NCBI RefSeq assembly: GCF_009914755.1
Contig: NC_060933.1
DNA from: the human T2T-CHM13v2.0 reference genome, Homo sapiens
DNA: 64,000 bases
Strand: one strand, 5' to 3'
This document shows positions 14,730 through 29,148 of this stretch, piece after piece. The notes below the pieces were generated by a model. That model did not search any database. It saw only the letters and a program-made list of their open reading frames with translations, and was not told the DNA's origin. The first letter of the stretch is position 1; each line of letters starts with the position of its first letter. The translations under genes and the position numbers were made by a program.

Positions 14730-15615
14730 AAGGGCTAGGACAATAAAGTCATAGTCATAATAGTAACTATGACTAATAAGGGTCTTCATAGTCATGAGAA
14801 ATAAACATTGCTTATCTGCCCGTCCTCAACAACCCATTCCCATAGTCACACCTTAAAGCTTGTCATTACCAATTACAGCATCAGCTCCAATATTTTTTAT
14901 GTCTAGCATCCCATTCTAGGAAAAATACTTCTTGACTTTTTAGCAATTTCCTTCTTATACTCCCACTCACAGATTATATTCAACACACTGACCCTACCAT
15001 TTCTTCAGTGTCTACTCCCTCAATCCATGTCTCCCTTTCTTTTTACTCAGCTTAAATTTCATTCTATGGCCCAGCATTAAAATAACTCCTATGCAAATAT
15101 GCTCATTTCTTTTTACACTCCTCCACTCTGAAAGAACTTATATGGTAAAACCTATTAATCACAAGCCTCTCCCTACTTCATCTTTCACTTAAGCAGCTAA
15201 ACCTACTGGGAGGAAAAAAAAACAATCTTGCTAATTTTATCAGCTGAGTCTCATGAAAATTAAATTATATAATGAAGGTGAACATTTCTTGTAAACCATA
15301 AAGTGTATGCATATAACCTTTCATTTTTGTTTCATTTTCACTTTAAATTCAAAGTAGCAAATTCATAGCATATTTTTACAATTGCCAGATAAATCTACAC
15401 TTCCCTAATTCATTTACCCCCAACTCTACCATACTACTAACCATTTCACACATTCCCCTCTCTACTCAAACATTTAAAGCCTCCTTGCCCTTCTCAATTT
15501 AAGTTTATGTCATTACTTTTTCCTTCATTGGCAACTCAACATATATAGAGCAAACTACAGAGTCAAATTAGTCTTGAAAATTTCTTGAAAGTTAACACAT
15601 TGGAGACTGACATAC

Positions 15616-15794
15616 CATCTCTTGCATTTAATACAACTAGGCTTTCTTCTAGCATTGAAACTGTTTCTTTAGTTTAGTAACAGATATAGCCTGCATTCAC
15701 AGTCCATGTTGTACCAAAAATGTCTGTCTTTAAACATTATACATTCCATAGCAAGATGCACACACAACAAGTGGTATATGGGAAGTGACTTCAC
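15616..15794 (-). other. Candidate internal exon (179 nt)
   Basis: Minus-strand acceptor ctctttctccag|G and donor ATG|gtatgt. Confidence 0.25.
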
Positions 15795-15964
15795 CTGGAG
15801 AAAGAGTAGATTTACCTCTCCCATCTCACTCTTACTCTAGGGCATAAATTCATTAAATAAAATGGTAGGATAAATGTTTACCCTACATAAATCTATATTT
15901 CTATATCTTTTTAGTATCTTGGTTTTTTGATATGTGGACAGTCTGAGCTACTGAGTGTGAAATT

Positions 15965-16294
15965 ATTATTTTTTATTTTTTAATTAATTAATTAATTTAT
16001 TTTTTGCAACAGAGTCTCACTCTATCGCCCAGGCTGGAGTGCAGTGGTGTGATCTCAGCTCACCGGCTCACTGCAACCTCTGCCTCCCGGGTTCAAGTGA
16101 TTTTCCTGCCTCAGTCTCCTGAGTAGCTGGGACTACAGGTGTGTGCCACATGCCCAGCTAATTTTTGTATTTTTAGTAGTGACAGGGTTTTACCATGTTG
16201 GCCATGCTGGTCTCAAACTCCTGACCTCAGGTGATCCACCCACCTCAGCCTCCCAAAGTGCTGGGATTACAGGCGTGAGCCACCATGCCTGGCC
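15965..16294 (-). mobile_element. Alu (AluSx-like)
   Basis: Full Alu antisense; TSD gagtgtgaaat; small internal duplication gctcaccggctcac. Confidence 0.93.
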
Positions 16295-19200
16295 GAGTGT
16301 GAAATGTTAATACATATTATATAATAAATGTATTATGTGATCCCACTGTAAAACACAATGTGTTTCCTGCTTCTTATTAAATTTAATAGTCCATTTAAAA
16401 TGCTTAGTACAGTGCCTGGCATACAGTAAACCATAAATGTTAGCTATTAGTAGTAGTCTTTTTAGTACAAGTGTTAATATTCAAGAGTTGATGTTACAGC
16501 CAAGTAGAGAGGATATAGGCAACGAAGATAAATGGTGGCATAGCATAAGTGCTAAATAACTATTATAGGTGCTTAGAGCAGAGAGAGATCACCATCAGCT
16601 GCAACATCAATGATTAGATTTGAAATGTTATTCATGAAAATACGTGAGGTTACAAGAAAAAGAAAGCCAGCAGCTGTGAACCAACAGTTCAGATAAAATA
16701 CGAGGCAAAATTGGAGACAATTTCTAGACTAATTCCAGAAAGATAAACCACAAAATGAAAGGTTGTATGCATATACTTTATGGTTTACAAGAAATGTTCA
16801 CCTTCATTATATAATTTAATTTTCATGAGACTCAGCTGATAGAAGGGCAGGTGTTTCTGTTGTAATTTTACTAATGAAGAAATTGTCCTTTAGAGACTGG
16901 TTGACTTTCTTAGACTCCTTCTGCTCAGCAATAGGACCTGAAGAAAAGCTACATAGTGGTTCTCTGACTCTAAGCCCAGCATTCTAGCCATTGTATTCTT
17001 CCTGTTTTGCCTGAAACAATAATTCAAGGAGAATACATGTGCTGTGATAGTAAGTGGCAGGCTTAATATATTGCTTAAAGTACTTTGTTGTGTTGACAAA
17101 GTCCATTTAAAAGGAATGAGGAAATCTTTAAAAGTTGTACAACCATCAATACTGTTTTCCATTAACTAGACACGCTGGTATCATCTTAATTCAAATATTT
17201 GTAAGCAGAAAAGAGATGCTCATTTTCATTCACAATGCCTTCCGTACCCCATCTGGCACAAGCAATTTCCTTTTGTTTGCCTTTAAACGGTGTTATAAAG
17301 AAATTAATTTTACCCGGAGGGCTTTCACTATAAATCTCACAACTTTCATTCTGGTTAATTTCTCAGTTTCATCATTGGTAACAAATTATTCTTGTGGGGG
17401 GAATTGTGCTTGTCAGTTTCTCTAGTTTAGCACATCAGATTTTTTATTAGGTCTAGCCATTAACAAAATTCTTTGTTTTCTTTCCAAAGTTGTCAAGAGC
17501 TATTTTAATTATTTTATCATAAGGACACATTTTACATTGGTGTATATTTATTAATTGGAAAATTACCTTTTCAAATTAGTTTATAATGAGAATGATTATG
17601 TTTATTGTCACTTAGACAAGTGGTTGAGTGAAAAAAGAATCAATTTAACTTAATGTTTGTGATTAATAACTAAAAATATAAATGTGTACCTCGTAATTGT
17701 TTAACCAGACTTCTTGTGGAGTTTTCTCTATGATTTTAATAAGTGATTAGAAAAGTCTGCTGATGCATAACCTCAGATTCCTAAAGGTCACTGGTCTTTG
17801 GGAGACAAAAGACAAAAAAATAGAACAATGCTATCACTATTATTAATTCTTTCTTAACTCACTACTCTAAGTTGGGCTAGACTTGTCATCAAGAATATAA
17901 AGGTTGACAAGATATAATTCCTGGCTTCAAAGAAGTCATAATCTAAAAATGTCTCACTATCAACAGCTACCACTTTTTCAACATTTTCTGCATTATGCAG
18001 ACTTCCAGCTTTTTATCACAAGAAATATAAATCCTATCAACTTTGGAAGAAAAATGCATAGTAAGAAAAGTGAAATTCATAGAAGTTACTTACTAAAGGT
18101 TATAGAGCTACTAAGTAGTAGATTGAGGAATTGAACCTGTTTCTCTGTCTCTCTCTCCTCCTCCCACCCCCTACCCTCCCAGCCCGCCCACCAACCCCTG
18201 CCCCTCACTCCTACTCCTTACCTTTCTTTCACTACCATGGGATGAGAGCTATATAGTTAGCAGTTGCCGGACAACCATGCTATAAAAGCATGAAAGAGTC
18301 ACTGCCTCACTTTTCTTGGTCTCTGCCACTCAGAAAGACCTGACCTTGAATATTAGTCAAAGAAAACCCCATACTCACCGAGATCACTATTTATCTCACA
18401 TACATGGTCTTTCAAACATCCTGGAGGCAATGCTGTTCACAAATCACCGGGCATTGCTGAGGCGTTTGGTCAGCACTTCCAGAGAGCATCATGATCTAAG
18501 CCTAGAGCCAAAGCTGGTCAAACTCCTCTGGCAGTGTCTTCTGAGAAACCACACAGGGTATCATGTGCAATCTTTAGTTCAGATAAACAGGCATTTTTGA
18601 GCTCTAACTCTGTGCTAGAACCTGAACCCAAAAGGTAGGAATAAATGGAGGATTAAAACAATGTCTGCCCTCAGCAATTCTAAGGAGAAACACATCATAA
18701 GCTCATTTGGATGAGGATTAAGAGCAAAATAGAAATTTATTCAGAGATAACATGGAAAAAAATATTTTTCTTATCGGAAATGTCCAAAAACTCAAGATTG
18801 TCAGATGTACAAGAATGCTCTGTCTGGGTTGATGTGGGATGATGGTGATAGTATCACAGTAAAATTGTAATATTTTGAACATTTAAAACAATTTACACAA
18901 ATATTTTTCAAAATAAAATTAGAGAGGTGTCTCTTAAAAGTACATACTGAGGGAGATTAGATTTAAAGCCTACTTTAGTTTAATCAGCTGCAAACTGTGA
19001 TCCCCAGCAATTTACCTGCTTCTCTTAGACTCAACTTCTTCATCTAAAAAGAAGTGGTAGTAATGACATCTACTTTTCATGTGTGTCTGATGTTTGAATG
19101 AGATAATGAGGGTTAAATGCTTAGCACATATTATTGAGAGGCAGAATGTACGCATGTAAACAGAATCAGTATTTGAATTTGCAAAAACACATATAATTTA

Positions 19201-19814
19201 CTTTTGGAGAGTCTGATATTCTGTAGGATACAGAATTTCAGGCTGCTTTGACAATTATTGTAGATGAATATTTCGATATTTATCTGTAGGAAAGGGAATA
19301 GAACATCAGAAATGCCTGATGTGTTATAATCCTATGATTGATGGAGTATCAGATATTGATAATTTTTGGTTTTTTATCATAAAGTTGTTCTGAATTCTTC
19401 GAGCTGGAAGACCTCACATATGCAAGATAAAACTATGTTTACATGGCCTAGACTAGCATGCTCTTCTATCCTGAGTGGATTGTAGTTATTCTGAAATTCC
19501 TTGTGGCACTGTTATAATGTGGGTTTCACAGCAGGGACCATAACTTCTATCTGTAGATTTGTAGTGCCTGACACATAGCAGGTGCTCAATAAGTGCCTGT
19601 TGAAGGGAAATTGGTAACTTCCATTCATTTAAACATTATAAATTTTACTTTTTCGATATATACATTTACAACCTCATTTTAATTTCTAATCACAACATAA
19701 TAAAAATTACTGACAAAATCACACAGCTGGAGAAATTGATGTAATTAGTGGCACTTTAAATTCATAAACGTCATGATCACCGGCCTGTAGTAGATATTCA
19801 CTAGCACCCTGTAA

Positions 19815-20135
<321 letters not shown>

Positions 20136-20189
20136 TCAGCTGCTTTATATTGCTCTTTGTATACCTCCCCCCACCACCACCACTGTATT

Positions 20190-21490
20190 GGGATGATCTT
20201 GCCTCACAGTTCACAGATAAAGCAGAAGCCATTGTATCGGAGTTCCTCTTCTTCCCATCACCAAATCAACAAACCTACCTGACTCTGCACTCATCTTTTT
20301 CTGCCCTTTAAATGCAATGGAGGAGGCATCTGCCTCCCAACATTCAGCAAAGGTGATTCCTTTACAAGTCCATGTCCTTTTGCCATTCACCTTTTGAAGG
20401 GCTTTGCTGCCTGATTATTCTACGTCTCTTGTGCATCACCAATCTCTCCATCTATACTAAAGTATTCCCACTAGCATGCAACTGCTGTTTACCACAGTCC
20501 ATCTGGGAGCAATGTTTCCTGACCTCCGCTTACTCTGTTCCCATTTCTCTGTTCCCTTTCTGGGCCAAACTTGTCACAAGAGTTGCCACATCATGCTCTC
20601 TACACTCCTCCTAGCTGTTCACCCTTCAAATTCGTTGCAGTTTCTCTTCCACCCTCACCATCTCTACATAACTGTTCTTGTTAAAGTCTCCAATGACCCC
20701 ATGTTTTCTGCTCTCACTGGACCCTCAACAGTTCACCATTGCTTCATGAAATACTCTTCTTTCTTGCCATCCACAATACCACTTTATTTTAACCTTTCTC
20801 CTATCTGCATACTCCTTTAAAATAAATTCTGAATATGAGCACTTATTACCATCCCCACTGCTGCTTCCCTACTCCAAAGCATAATCATTTCTTTACAAAA
20901 TTTTTGTAATTGGCTTCTAACTAGTATCCCTACTCTACTCATTATCCTTACCTGTTAACAGCCTTTTCCCCACTCATCAGCATTAAAAATCCTCATAGCT
21001 TTCTGCCTTACTCAATTCAAAATCCAGAGTGATTACCAGGACCCATAAGGCTATATCCAACCTGGCCTCTGGTTACCTGTCTGACGTTGTTACCTTTTAC
21101 CTTCTTCCCCATTCCTTGGGCTCCAGACATACTACTCTCCCTTGTTGCTGTTCCTGCAGGTTCCAGGAAACTTCCCATAAGGGCATTTATATTTCCTGTT
21201 TCTCAGACTAGAACATTCTTTGCCTGGATATCAGTAGGCTTATTTCCTACTCAGTTCTTTGTTCAAATATCACCTTATCACAAAAGACTTTTCTGCTCAC
21301 CCCAAAATCTTTATTTCTCTTTCACAGCTTTTATAAAAATATGCCATGATATACATGCATTGTTTATTGCGATTCCCTATTCTAGCATATAAGCTCCAAG
21401 AGAGTGGAGACTTGGTCTCTTTGTTTACTGCTGATTCCTCAGCTCTTGGAACAGTCTGGTACTTAGTAATTATTTATTAAGTAAATGGTA
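20190..21490. mobile_element. L2 relic including 3' end
   Basis: Pyrimidine-rich L2-like body ending taagctcc...tgtttactgctg...; approximate. Confidence 0.65.
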
Positions 21491-22044
21491 AATTGAATTT
21501 TTGTTTACTTGCATACTTTTACTGGGTTATAAACCCTATGACAGCCTATCAAAAAACTATATAGCTAATTAAATTATCACAGAGGCTACTGAAAATTCTC
21601 AATATATTTACTTGATACTTCCACACAATTTTCTTAACAGAACTAAACTCAACATGTCAAAACTAAGCTTGTTATTCTACCCATCAAACTATGTGTTCCT
21701 GACTTTACTATTTCCATTAATGCAGTGCGATCCTCTCAGTCATGCAAATTTAGATATTTAAGCCTCTTTTTACCTTTTATGCTTCTCCCTTATTGCTGTA
21801 TTTACATCAACAGATGCCAAATTTTTAATTATTACTTCTGTAAGGACACTTTGTCTCTTTGTTTCCATTCCCACTGCCACACACTAGTTTAGACTTTTCT
21901 GCTTGAATCTGTCTTAATCATCTTCTAATTCTTCTCCTGGTCTTCACTTCTGGATGTTTTGATCATGTTATTAACTAATTAATCACTCTTAATCATAACT
22001 CTCATACTCAAATCCTTAATTGTCTATCCATCACCAGTTTAGCT

Positions 22045-22155
22045 CCAGTGAGCATATAATTTATTATCCAAATAAGTACATTTTTCAGAGTAAAAAGGAC
22101 ACTATTATTAATTACATTGGGACAACACATATGAACTGGAATTGTCCAAGCAAAC
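22045..22155. mobile_element. MER81 hAT-Blackjack MITE
   Basis: catataattta...ctattattaattaca.tgggacaac...ggcaaacc-like...atggtca matches recalled MER81. Confidence 0.65.
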
Positions 22156-22230
22156 CAAAATGCATGGTCATTTTAACTTCCACAAGGACTGTTGATTGCT
22201 TACTCAATAATCATTCCTCCCTTCTTTCTG

Positions 22231-22232
<2 letters not shown>

Positions 22233-22270
<38 letters not shown>
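22233..22270. repeat. (CA)n microsatellite, about 19 units
   Basis: Directly visible. Confidence 0.95.
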
Positions 22271-22274
<4 letters not shown>

Positions 22275-23829
22275 CAAACAAAAAAAAACAGTTTTTTTAA
22301 GCATTTACTCCTCCTAAAAATGATTTAGTGATATAAATTGAATTTTCTTAGCCAACGTGGAAATTGCATTGCATTGCATTCCTTTTGTCAACAATTGATT
22401 TAGCAAGGAGGATATAATCTAATTCTAGCCTCTCAAAAGAAGTGAGAGGTAGTTTGTTTCAGGAAAAGAGATTCATGAAAAAGGATTATGGATACATTTC
22501 TTATCCTTATTCTAGTTTATGTCTTGTCTGCATGTAATGCCTGAAGCTTCAGTAGCCAGTTTGTGATCATGAGGTGAGCTAGTGGAAGACAAAGCTGACA
22601 TCCTAGCCTATCTGAGAGAAAAATGAAAATAACTTGGTTCTTTAATTATATTATTGAAATACTGAATTAAGCAAAACTGTGGGTAACTTGCCCCTAAAAG
22701 CAGGATACTCTTCTGCTAGTGTGAGATAATACATTTTCTTTATTGTTTAAATGAATTAAAGTGGAGTTTTCATGACTTGCTGCTGAAAGCATTCCATTTG
22801 ATGCAAGCTAATACATCTGTCTGCCTCTTTCTTACTCTCTCTCTCTCTCTCTTTCTGGCTTTCAGTATTCCTTACCTACAGCTTCTTCTTCCTTCTTATC
22901 TAAAACCTGTTTCAGTACACTCTACTTTTTAGATGAAGACCAGAATCTATTTTTAATATACTTTAATTTTTGTACTGTCTTTATACAGGTTGCCCCTCAT
23001 TTCAGAAATAACTTCTGTTCATTTTCTGAAAGCTAAAACCCTCCAGACCTACCCATCTCAGATATTATCTCCTCATGAAAGTTTACTGATTCTTGAAATG
23101 CATCTTATCCTTGTGTCTTTTAAACCTATATTGCAATAAATTCACATTTCTCTCATTACACTGATTTAACCACATCCTACAGTTTTATGCACAATGCTAA
23201 ATCTTCTACCTATTCATACTCTTCTCAGTATGCTTTAAACATCTGACACAGAATTTTGCATATTTAGTTATTAAAATTGATATTTTGAAAACATTTCACA
23301 ATGTACAGTTATTAGTGAGTTGAGTAGTAGTACTGTTTACTATAATTTGCGAGTTGCCACACTAAGAAAAGTATGTCCCTATCCTCAACTTAGTATTTTA
23401 AAACATAGAAGAGGGAAAAAATAAGTATCTAATAATTAACATTTTTTGGTTGGCAAACAGATGCTACAAATAATACATCTTTTGCATGCATCTGTCCTAG
23501 ATAACTAGTTTGCCAAAGTAATTTTATTGTCAGTGCCTTTCTACAATATATATTGAACACTTTGAAGAGATAAATGGAAGCTTGCCATACAGGATGCCAA
23601 ATTCAAAACTTCATTCTTTACTGAATTAAAAAGAATACAGGGGAAAGACAGAAATATGTATCAGTTTATGGTTATACTTCTTACTCAGATGAAATGCCTC
23701 TGCTTTACTATGTTAATATTTCCATCAGACTTGAAAGTCTATTCCTGTTCCAGTTCCTTTATTTTAAAGAATTGAATTTACCAAGAGAGACTAAGGCAGG
23801 GAGAGTCAGGAGAGGGCTTACATTGATGG

Positions 23830-24030
23830 AGTGGTTAATATATGTCCAGGCACCATACTAAGAACTTTACATATGTCATCTTATTTTATCCTTAGTATAA
23901 TCCCCCAAGGTAGATATTTTTATCTCCAGTTTACTAACGAGAAATCAGATGCACAGAATAGTGTCCGCCAATATAGTTACCAAATGACAGAGCCAAGATT
24001 TGAACCCACATAATTGATTAACTAAACCCA
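23830..24030. mobile_element. MIR SINE
   Basis: tatgtccaggcacc...tttactaacgagaaatcag...agagccaagatttgaaccca. Confidence 0.7.
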
Positions 24031-24908
24031 GGTCACCTTCACCAAATATGTAAATATCTTAATATTTTTGCTTAAAGGTCAAAAGCTATGTTTAGTAATA
24101 TAGAATTTTCAGGATGTAAATTAAGGAATTCACAAGTTAGTAGATGAAGCAAATGCCCATGAATAATAAAATATAAAGAAAAATTTAGTAAAACCATAAA
24201 GAGTTCAGAAATGAAATATTGCAATGTCTGAATTTAGATTCGGGCTATGGATAGGTTATGTACAAAGTGAGTGCAGAAAGCACAAGCAAGAGAGTGCAGA
24301 TAGGGAGACAGGGAAAGGCAAGATACCAATAAACAGTGCATTAATAAATAGAAATGTCCAGGGGCAACTGATGTTTAATTCTGCTAGAAGCCTCTGAGGA
24401 GTTAAGTGGAATGCATTTTAAAATTGCTCCACCTGGGGATTGAGAAGCTGAGCTATTTATCTATTCACTTACACCTTTCATTGTTTGAGGGTTATCTCTG
24501 GGGGTTGTTATATCCTCAGCACATCAGGGCTTCCCTGCACTACAAGCACTGCACTGGGAAAAGTCCTCAGGCAGAGGAGCAGAGACAAAAACCCTTGCAC
24601 TGCGAAATTGTCAGACCACACATGCACATGCATGACACCTGTCCACAGCTCAGAAGGGAAACGGGATGAGCAACAACACAGTCAGCTATGCATGGGAATG
24701 TAAGGGAGTTTAAGGAGTGTGAGGGAATCAGGGCAGGAATCACAGATGAGATAACATTTTGGGTGGGTAGAACTGAACTCAACAAGGTTTGACAACATGT
24801 ACGGAATAAGAGGCCGGAAGTGGAAATGAGTTTTGCTCAATTTCAGCCTACCTTGGCAATCCAATTTAAAATGGCAACACTTTCTTCCCACCATCCCTTA
24901 CCACAATT

Positions 24909-25236
24909 CTTTGTTTGTTTGTTTGTTTGTTTGTTTGTTTGTTTGTTTGTTTTGGAGACAGAGTCTTGCTCTGTCGCCCAGGCTGGAGTGCAGTGGCGTG
25001 ACCTTGGCTCATTGCAACCTCCATCTCCTGGGTTCCAGTGATTCTCATACCTCAGACTCCGGAGTAGCTAGGACTACAGGTACGCACCACCACGCTGGGC
25101 TAATTTTTGTATTTTTAGTAGACATGGGGTTTCGCCATGGTGGCCAGGCTGATCTCAAACTTCTGACTTCAAGTGATCTGCCCGCCTCGGTCTCCCAAAG
25201 TGCTGGGATTACAGGCATGAGCCACCACACCCAGCC
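24909..25236 (-). mobile_element. Alu (AluSz/Sx-like) with (TTTG)n tail
   Basis: TSD cccttaccacaatt at 24895-24908 and 25237-25250. Confidence 0.93.
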
Positions 25237-26078
25237 CCCTTACCACAATTTGGTCCCCCTGCTTACGTGATCTACTTGCTTTCCATAGCAATTTCTACCA
25301 CACAGTATAATTTACTCACTTGTTATGTTTATTGTTTTCTGTCTATACCATCTACTGCCACTATAATGTAAGTTCCAATAGGGCAGGAAATTCGTATATT
25401 TTGTTCACTGATATATCCTAGGTGCCTAGAAGAGTGTCAGACACTTCAAAGTTGTTTGATAAACATTTGTTGAACAAAATAATGAACTTGAGCATTAAGC
25501 TCTTCAATTAGTAGATGGTTATCTATAAGTTTAATGAGATGAAGAATCTAAAAAGAGAAGAAAGAATGAGAAAGAAAATGAATGAATGCAGTTTGGTGCC
25601 CAGTTGAATCCACTGGATCCCTATGAGACATCAGTCATGTTTCTGTACACTGGAAAAGAAAGAAGGGCAAGGAATCTATGTTTTGTTGGCACTCTGTTTT
25701 TGCTGTTTAACTTTATATTCAGCATCATGCATTTGGTACGTTTTCAAGGATCTTTTTTCTCAGTAAATAATCTATGTTTATAGTATTAATATACCCTGGC
25801 AGAAACAATAATCTCACATTTTTCTGGCATCATCTATCCTCAAGGGCCTCTAAGCTTTTGTGCTGAAAAGTTATTTTTCTTATGGTTTTGCATTTGCTTC
25901 TTTAAACTGAGAGCATCTGTCACAGGAGCTGATTCTGCTTGGCAGCTCCCACTCACTCAATAGTGCCCTTAACATCACTACCAGACTCAGAAATCTGCTT
26001 TCTCTATGTCTTATTTTTCTGAGCTAAAGTGTCACATGATTCTCCTCTGATCATACACGCTGGGTGGAACTATGAGAC

Positions 26079-26857
26079 ACCATCACTGGCCATCAAGAAA
26101 TGCAAATCAAAGCCACAATGAGATACCATCTCACACCAGTTAGAATGGCAATCATTAAAAAGTCAGGAAACAACAGGTGCTGGAGAGGATGTGGAGAAAT
26201 AGGAACACTTTTACACTGTTGGTGGGACTGTAAACTAGTTCAACCATTGTGGAAGTCAGTGTGGCGATTCCTCAGGGATCTAGAACTAGAAATACCATTT
26301 GACCCAGCCATCCCATTACTGGGTATATACCCAAAGGACTATAAATCATGCTGCTATAAAGACACATGCACACGTATGTTTATTGTGGCACTATTCACAA
26401 TAGCAAAGACTTGGAACCAACCCAAGTGTCCAACAACGATAGACTGGATTAAGAAAATGTGGCACATATACACCATGGAATACTATGCGGCCATAAAAAA
26501 GGATGAATTCATGTCCTTTGTAGGGACATGGATGAAACTGGAAATCATCATTCTCAGTAAACTATCACAAGGACAAAAAACCAAACACCGCCTGTTCTCA
26601 CTCATAGGTGGGAATTGAACAATGAGAACACATGGACACAGGAAGGGGAACATCACTCTCTGGGGACTGTTGTGGGGTGGGGGGAGGGGGGAGGGATAGC
26701 ATTAGGAGATATACCTAATGCTAAATGACAAGTTAATGGGTGCAGCACACCAGCATGGCACATGTATGAATATGTAACTAACCTGCACATTGTGCACATG
26801 TACCCTAAACTTAAAGTATAATAATAATAAAATAAAAAATAAAAAATAAAAAAAAAG
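26079..26857 (+). mobile_element. 5'-truncated L1PA3-like element
   Basis: ORF 26100..26618 is the ORF2 C-terminus to its stop; L1 3' UTR and A tail. Confidence 0.93.
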
Positions 26858-27391
26858 AGATACAAAGTCTTTAGAAGTGGACTCTGTGCTTTGACTTTGT
26901 GTCATAGGCAGCCTTAAAAGCAATATTATTCTGTAACTAGTACTGGCACTTATGCTAGTTCTTGGATGATCAGACATACATTAGAAACACTCATGTGACA
27001 GCCAGTGACTGTTTCTGATATTTAGGTTTACATCTGCTTCTGCCCAGTAAGATGAATTTCATTTACATAGATTACAATAATTTGGAAATTTTCTTAATTA
27101 TGTTGATGTTTACCTTTGTGCTAATGATAAAGAAATGGTTTGTTAGGCAAATTAATAGAGCAAAACCATTGTGAACGGTATGCTTAAGGTTTATGACTAA
27201 TTCAAAGAAGAAATTACTTTCAGGCAATCTCAAGTAATTTAAAGGCATCATTTGCATATAAATACATGGGATGATAGGCTAATTACGATTGTTTTTATTT
27301 ATTCATTGAACCTGTTTCCCAAAAGCATTATCTTAAACCACATTGTCATATTATATTATCTAGTTTCCTTGAAAGTAAAACAAGGAGGGGC

Positions 27392-27507
27392 TTTTTAACT
27401 TTTATTTTAAGTTGAGAGGTACATATGCAGGCTTGTTACATAGGTAAACTTGTGTCATGGGAGTTTGTTGTATAGACTATTTTGCCATCCAGGTATTAAA
27501 CCTGGTA
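27392..27507 (-). mobile_element. Older L1PA (about PA13-16) 3'-end fragment
   Basis: ttttattttaag...tgttacataggtaaacttgtgtcatggg. Confidence 0.75.
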
Positions 27508-27678
27508 GATTTGTCACTAATTCTGCTTCCACCCAATGAATGAGGTTTGCCAGCAGTGTGTTCATCAGTCATGAAGCAACATCATCAGATCACAAAGTCA
27601 AAAGCTCAATTAAAAGTCTCAACATTTAAAAATTCCAGATTTTATAGAGTTGTGTTTTTTTAAAAAAAAAAAAGGAGT

Positions 27679-28170
27679 GTTTGCTGAGAATGATGGTTTC
27701 CAGCTTCATCCATGTCCCTACAAAGACATGAACTCATCATTTTTTATGGCTGCATAGTATTCCATGGTGTATATGTATCACATTTTCTTAATCCAGTCTA
27801 TCATTGTTGGACATTTGGGTTGGTTCCAAGTCTTTGCTATTGTGAATAGTGCCGCAATAAACATAACGTGTGCATGTGTCTTTATAGCAGCATGATTTAT
27901 GGACAAAAAACCAAACACTGCACGTTCTCACTCATAGGTGGGAATTGAACAATGAGAACACATGGACACAGAAAGGGGAACATCACACACCGGGGACTGT
28001 TGTGGGGTGGGGGGAGGGGGGAGGGATAGCATTAGGAGATATACCTAATGCTAAATGATGAGTTAATGGGTGCAGCACACCAACATGGCACATGTATACG
28101 TCAGCAACAAACCTGCACGTTGTGCACATGTACCCTAAAATTTAAAGTATAATAATAATAAAATAAAAAA
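27679..28170 (+). mobile_element. Short L1PA (about PA4) with 5' inversion: antisense 27679-27900, sense 27901-28170
   Basis: Strand switch catgatttat|ggacaaaaaacc; imperfect TSD aaaaaa(g)gagtg. Confidence 0.92.
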
Positions 28171-29077
28171 GAGTGAGCACTGAAGGAATATTATTTTAGC
28201 CAGGCACTGCAGTCCCTTCATAAGCCACAGTAGTTTGAGAGGAGCCATCTCCATGTTATAGACTTGGGCAAAGCAAGCCTTTGAAGGGACCCCATGCCCT
28301 TAGGTGGTAGAGGACCAAGCATATAAAAAGTTGGCACTTTTTGATGAGTTTCTCCAAGTGTCTCATTTTCTGATCACTGATGTTTCCGTTGCTTATTTCA
28401 CATTGCAAACTCTGGCATCTTTTTATCCTAATAAGAAATGTTAAAATACTCAGTTATGAATACTCAGTGTTATGAATACTCAGTGGATCTGTTCATCCTC
28501 CAATTATGATCCTGCCTCTACTTCAGCCAGGAGTCTTCCTTATTGTTTGAAGAAAGAACTTGAAGAACATCTTTAGTGTTTTCCCTAGTAATCAATGTAT
28601 TGCTCTTAGTTTTTGTTAACTTTATGGCTAAAACTACATATAGCACGACCCTTTGGTACACAGATTCCGTGAATGAGCTTGCTACTAAGAACCGTTATTC
28701 ATATCAATTTTTTTTTCCTTACAAACCCAATACAGATGGAAAATTGCAAGACATAGTGAAAACAATTATTGACTGGTACATTGGGATAGAATTAGAGAAA
28801 CGGGAATTGGTTAGGCTTGCATAGGCCTGATCAGCATGTGCTATACGATTAGAAAGGCAATTCAGCTGTTTATGCTTGGCATAAACTCAATTTTGTGTTG
28901 TTACCTCCACCTTTAAACAGCCCAAAGATTTTCTGGTTCTGTTTCTCCAGAAACATTTCTTGTCTTCTGCAGGGATGTGGGTGGAGATTGGGTACCTTAA
29001 AGGTGAGAGTTTTATTGACAATGTGGAGTAATAACTTCTCTTCATATAGATTTTCAAACCACTTTATTTTCACTTAC

Positions 29078-29148
29078 CTCATTGACTTTATCCTGTTCGA
29101 TCTTTTATGATATCTGATGTTTCTAATTCTTTGGGCCTTTCCAAGATG
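29078..29148 (-). other. Candidate internal exon (71 nt) with strong splice sites
   Basis: Minus strand: T14 polypyrimidine tract + ctccgtag| acceptor; consensus donor GAG|gtaagt. Confidence 0.55.

Noticed and set aside
14747-14774. 9-bp hairpin agtcatagt/actatgact, and palindrome tgacaatttgtca near 14018
   Set aside because: Short inverted repeats expected by chance in 64 kb of AT-rich DNA
24820-25270. Alu-overlapping ORFs (also 8725-9041, 19891-20082, 31282-31635, 45249-45744)
   Set aside because: Standard Alu-derived reading frames
28576-28824. 82-aa ORF with hydrophobic N-terminus
   Set aside because: GTG start, no recognisable homology, length expected by chance
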